Shown here: piece after piece, positions 62,916 to 64,000 of the stretch
Numbering within the stretch: the first letter of the stretch is position 1
How the letters are laid out: every line of letters begins with the position of its first letter
NCBI GenBank assembly: GCA_051003155.1
Contig: JBPCLO010000013.1
Coordinates: 93,634 to 157,633, forward strand
Direction of reading: 5' to 3'
Source of the DNA: Fimbriimonadales bacterium
Lineage (GTDB): Bacteria; Armatimonadota; Fimbriimonadia; Fimbriimonadales; ATM1
Length of the DNA: 64,000 nt
Translations under genes and position numbers: made by a program
Notes under the pieces: model-generated
Told to the model about the DNA's origin: nothing
Database searches by the model: none
What the model saw: the letters and a program-made list of their open reading frames with translations, nothing else

Positions 62916-64000
62916 ATGAACTGTCGAGCGCTTCACGCAATGCTACTCGGACTCATGGCGTGCGTTGCCAACACGCAAGGGATGCTCGAACCCGTGTGGA
63001 GTGTCGATACCGCGCCGGGGCCTGTTGAGATCTCGTCCGATGGTGCTTTCGTCTTGCATTCCTATAGAGAAGAAACAGGCTACCGATTTGTCATGAGGGA
63101 CACGAAGACCGGCGAAGTCACTGGGCAGGTTGTTATCAAGGACGGCTGGCGCGGACTTAATCCCTCGCTGTCCGCCGACGGACGCTTTGTCGTCGATTAT
63201 GTCGACAACGGCCAAACATGGGCCACCCGAGTCTACAGGTTGTCGGACGGCGCGTTGCTCCGCCATATTCCACTTGCTCTTCGCGGCCGCCTTTCCCCTA
63301 CCGGCGAGTATGTATATTACGCCGACACGGGAATTAATCACCTCAAGAAGATGAGGGTTTCGGATGGAAGCATCATTTGGTCGGTGGACCTTGGCTACGT
63401 CAGTGTTTATCACGAGGACACAGCGGTTACTCCGGACGGTTCGCGCGTCGCCGGCGTCGCGCTCCTTGACAACCAAATCTATATGATGAGGGAATTCGAT
63501 GCTGAAGACGGTACCCAGCTAAACCAGTTCCCGGTCGTGGGTGACGACTACGATGTTAAGCGGAGCCTGCAATACACGCACGAAGGCACGCGCATCGCCT
63601 TTGCCCGGCATAACTACTACAATGGAATCGGCCGGTCATACGACGTTGAGCAGGGTGACCTCCTGGCATCCTTATCTCATCTTGGCCTGCTCTCGATGCA
63701 ATTCGACGCGCAGAGCAGGCAAGTGCAAACAGCCGGGTTGGACGGGTCGCTCCGGATATGGGACGGATCGACCTTATCCCTTCTCGGTGTGTTCACTTCA
63801 TTAATAACTTTTGCATCGGACATCTCGGACGATGGAAGATTCATCGTGTTGGAGGGTCGAGAAGTGGAAGGTAGCCCCGCGCGAGTGAAGCTCGTCCGCA
63901 ACCCACTATCGTCGATCATCGGAACACCGGAGTCGGCAGTTGTGAAGCGCGGGCGTACGCTCTATGGCGATGTGGGCTCGCTGACCGACAACGACTCGCA
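62916..64000 (+). CDS. Secreted WD40/PQQ-like beta-propeller protein (3' partial), entering the shared C-terminal domain
   Basis: Not in the ORF track (no stop in window): MNCRALHAMLLGL.., ISSDG, LSADG, VTPDG, DGSLRIWD, ends PESAVVKRGRTLYGDVGSLTDNDS. Confidence 0.8.
   Translation, partial: MNCRALHAMLLGLMACVANTQGMLEPVWSVDTAPGPVEISSDGAFVLHSYREETGYRFVMRDTKTGEVTGQVVIKDGWRGLNPSLSADGRFVVDYVDNGQTWATRVYRLSDGALLRHIPLALRGRLSPTGEYVYYADTGINHLKKMRVSDGSIIWSVDLGYVSVYHEDTAVTPDGSRVAGVALLDNQIYMMREFDAEDGTQLNQFPVVGDDYDVKRSLQYTHEGTRIAFARHNYYNGIGRSYDVEQGDLLASLSHLGLLSMQFDAQSRQVQTAGLDGSLRIWDGSTLSLLGVFTSLITFASDISDDGRFIVLEGREVEGSPARVKLVRNPLSSIIGTPESAVVKRGRTLYGDVGSLTDNDS

Overview
Mostly housekeeping bacterial chromosome of moderately high GC. 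The protein repertoire suggests Armatimonadota (Fimbriimonadaceae-like), which is an inference. Core genes: pdxS, ispG, recJ, rph/rdgB, prmA/dnaJ, rpoZ, dnaE, pdhC, carAB, xerD, rplJL, glnA, thrS. Small accessory islets between them encode secreted repeat/beta-propeller proteins, several with single-base frameshifts. No rRNA, tRNA, CRISPR array or transposase was recognised. Highlights: (1) one ~150-aa C-terminal domain is shared by three unrelated secreted proteins, plus a stranded fourth 3' tip, and may be a lineage-specific sorting/anchoring module; (2) a rhodanese has an in-frame UGA at its C-T-U-P-D-E active site followed by a SECIS-like hairpin (probable selenoprotein, truncated in the ORF track); (3) the glnA leader has ANTAR-type tandem hairpins overlapping a terminator; (4) a cytochrome b-cytochrome c fusion has lost both heme bH histidines and has no adjacent Rieske gene; (5) an ECF sigma/anti-sigma operon ends in an apparently catalytically dead HtrA; (6) two unexplained structured intergenic elements and widespread leaderless-type promoters.
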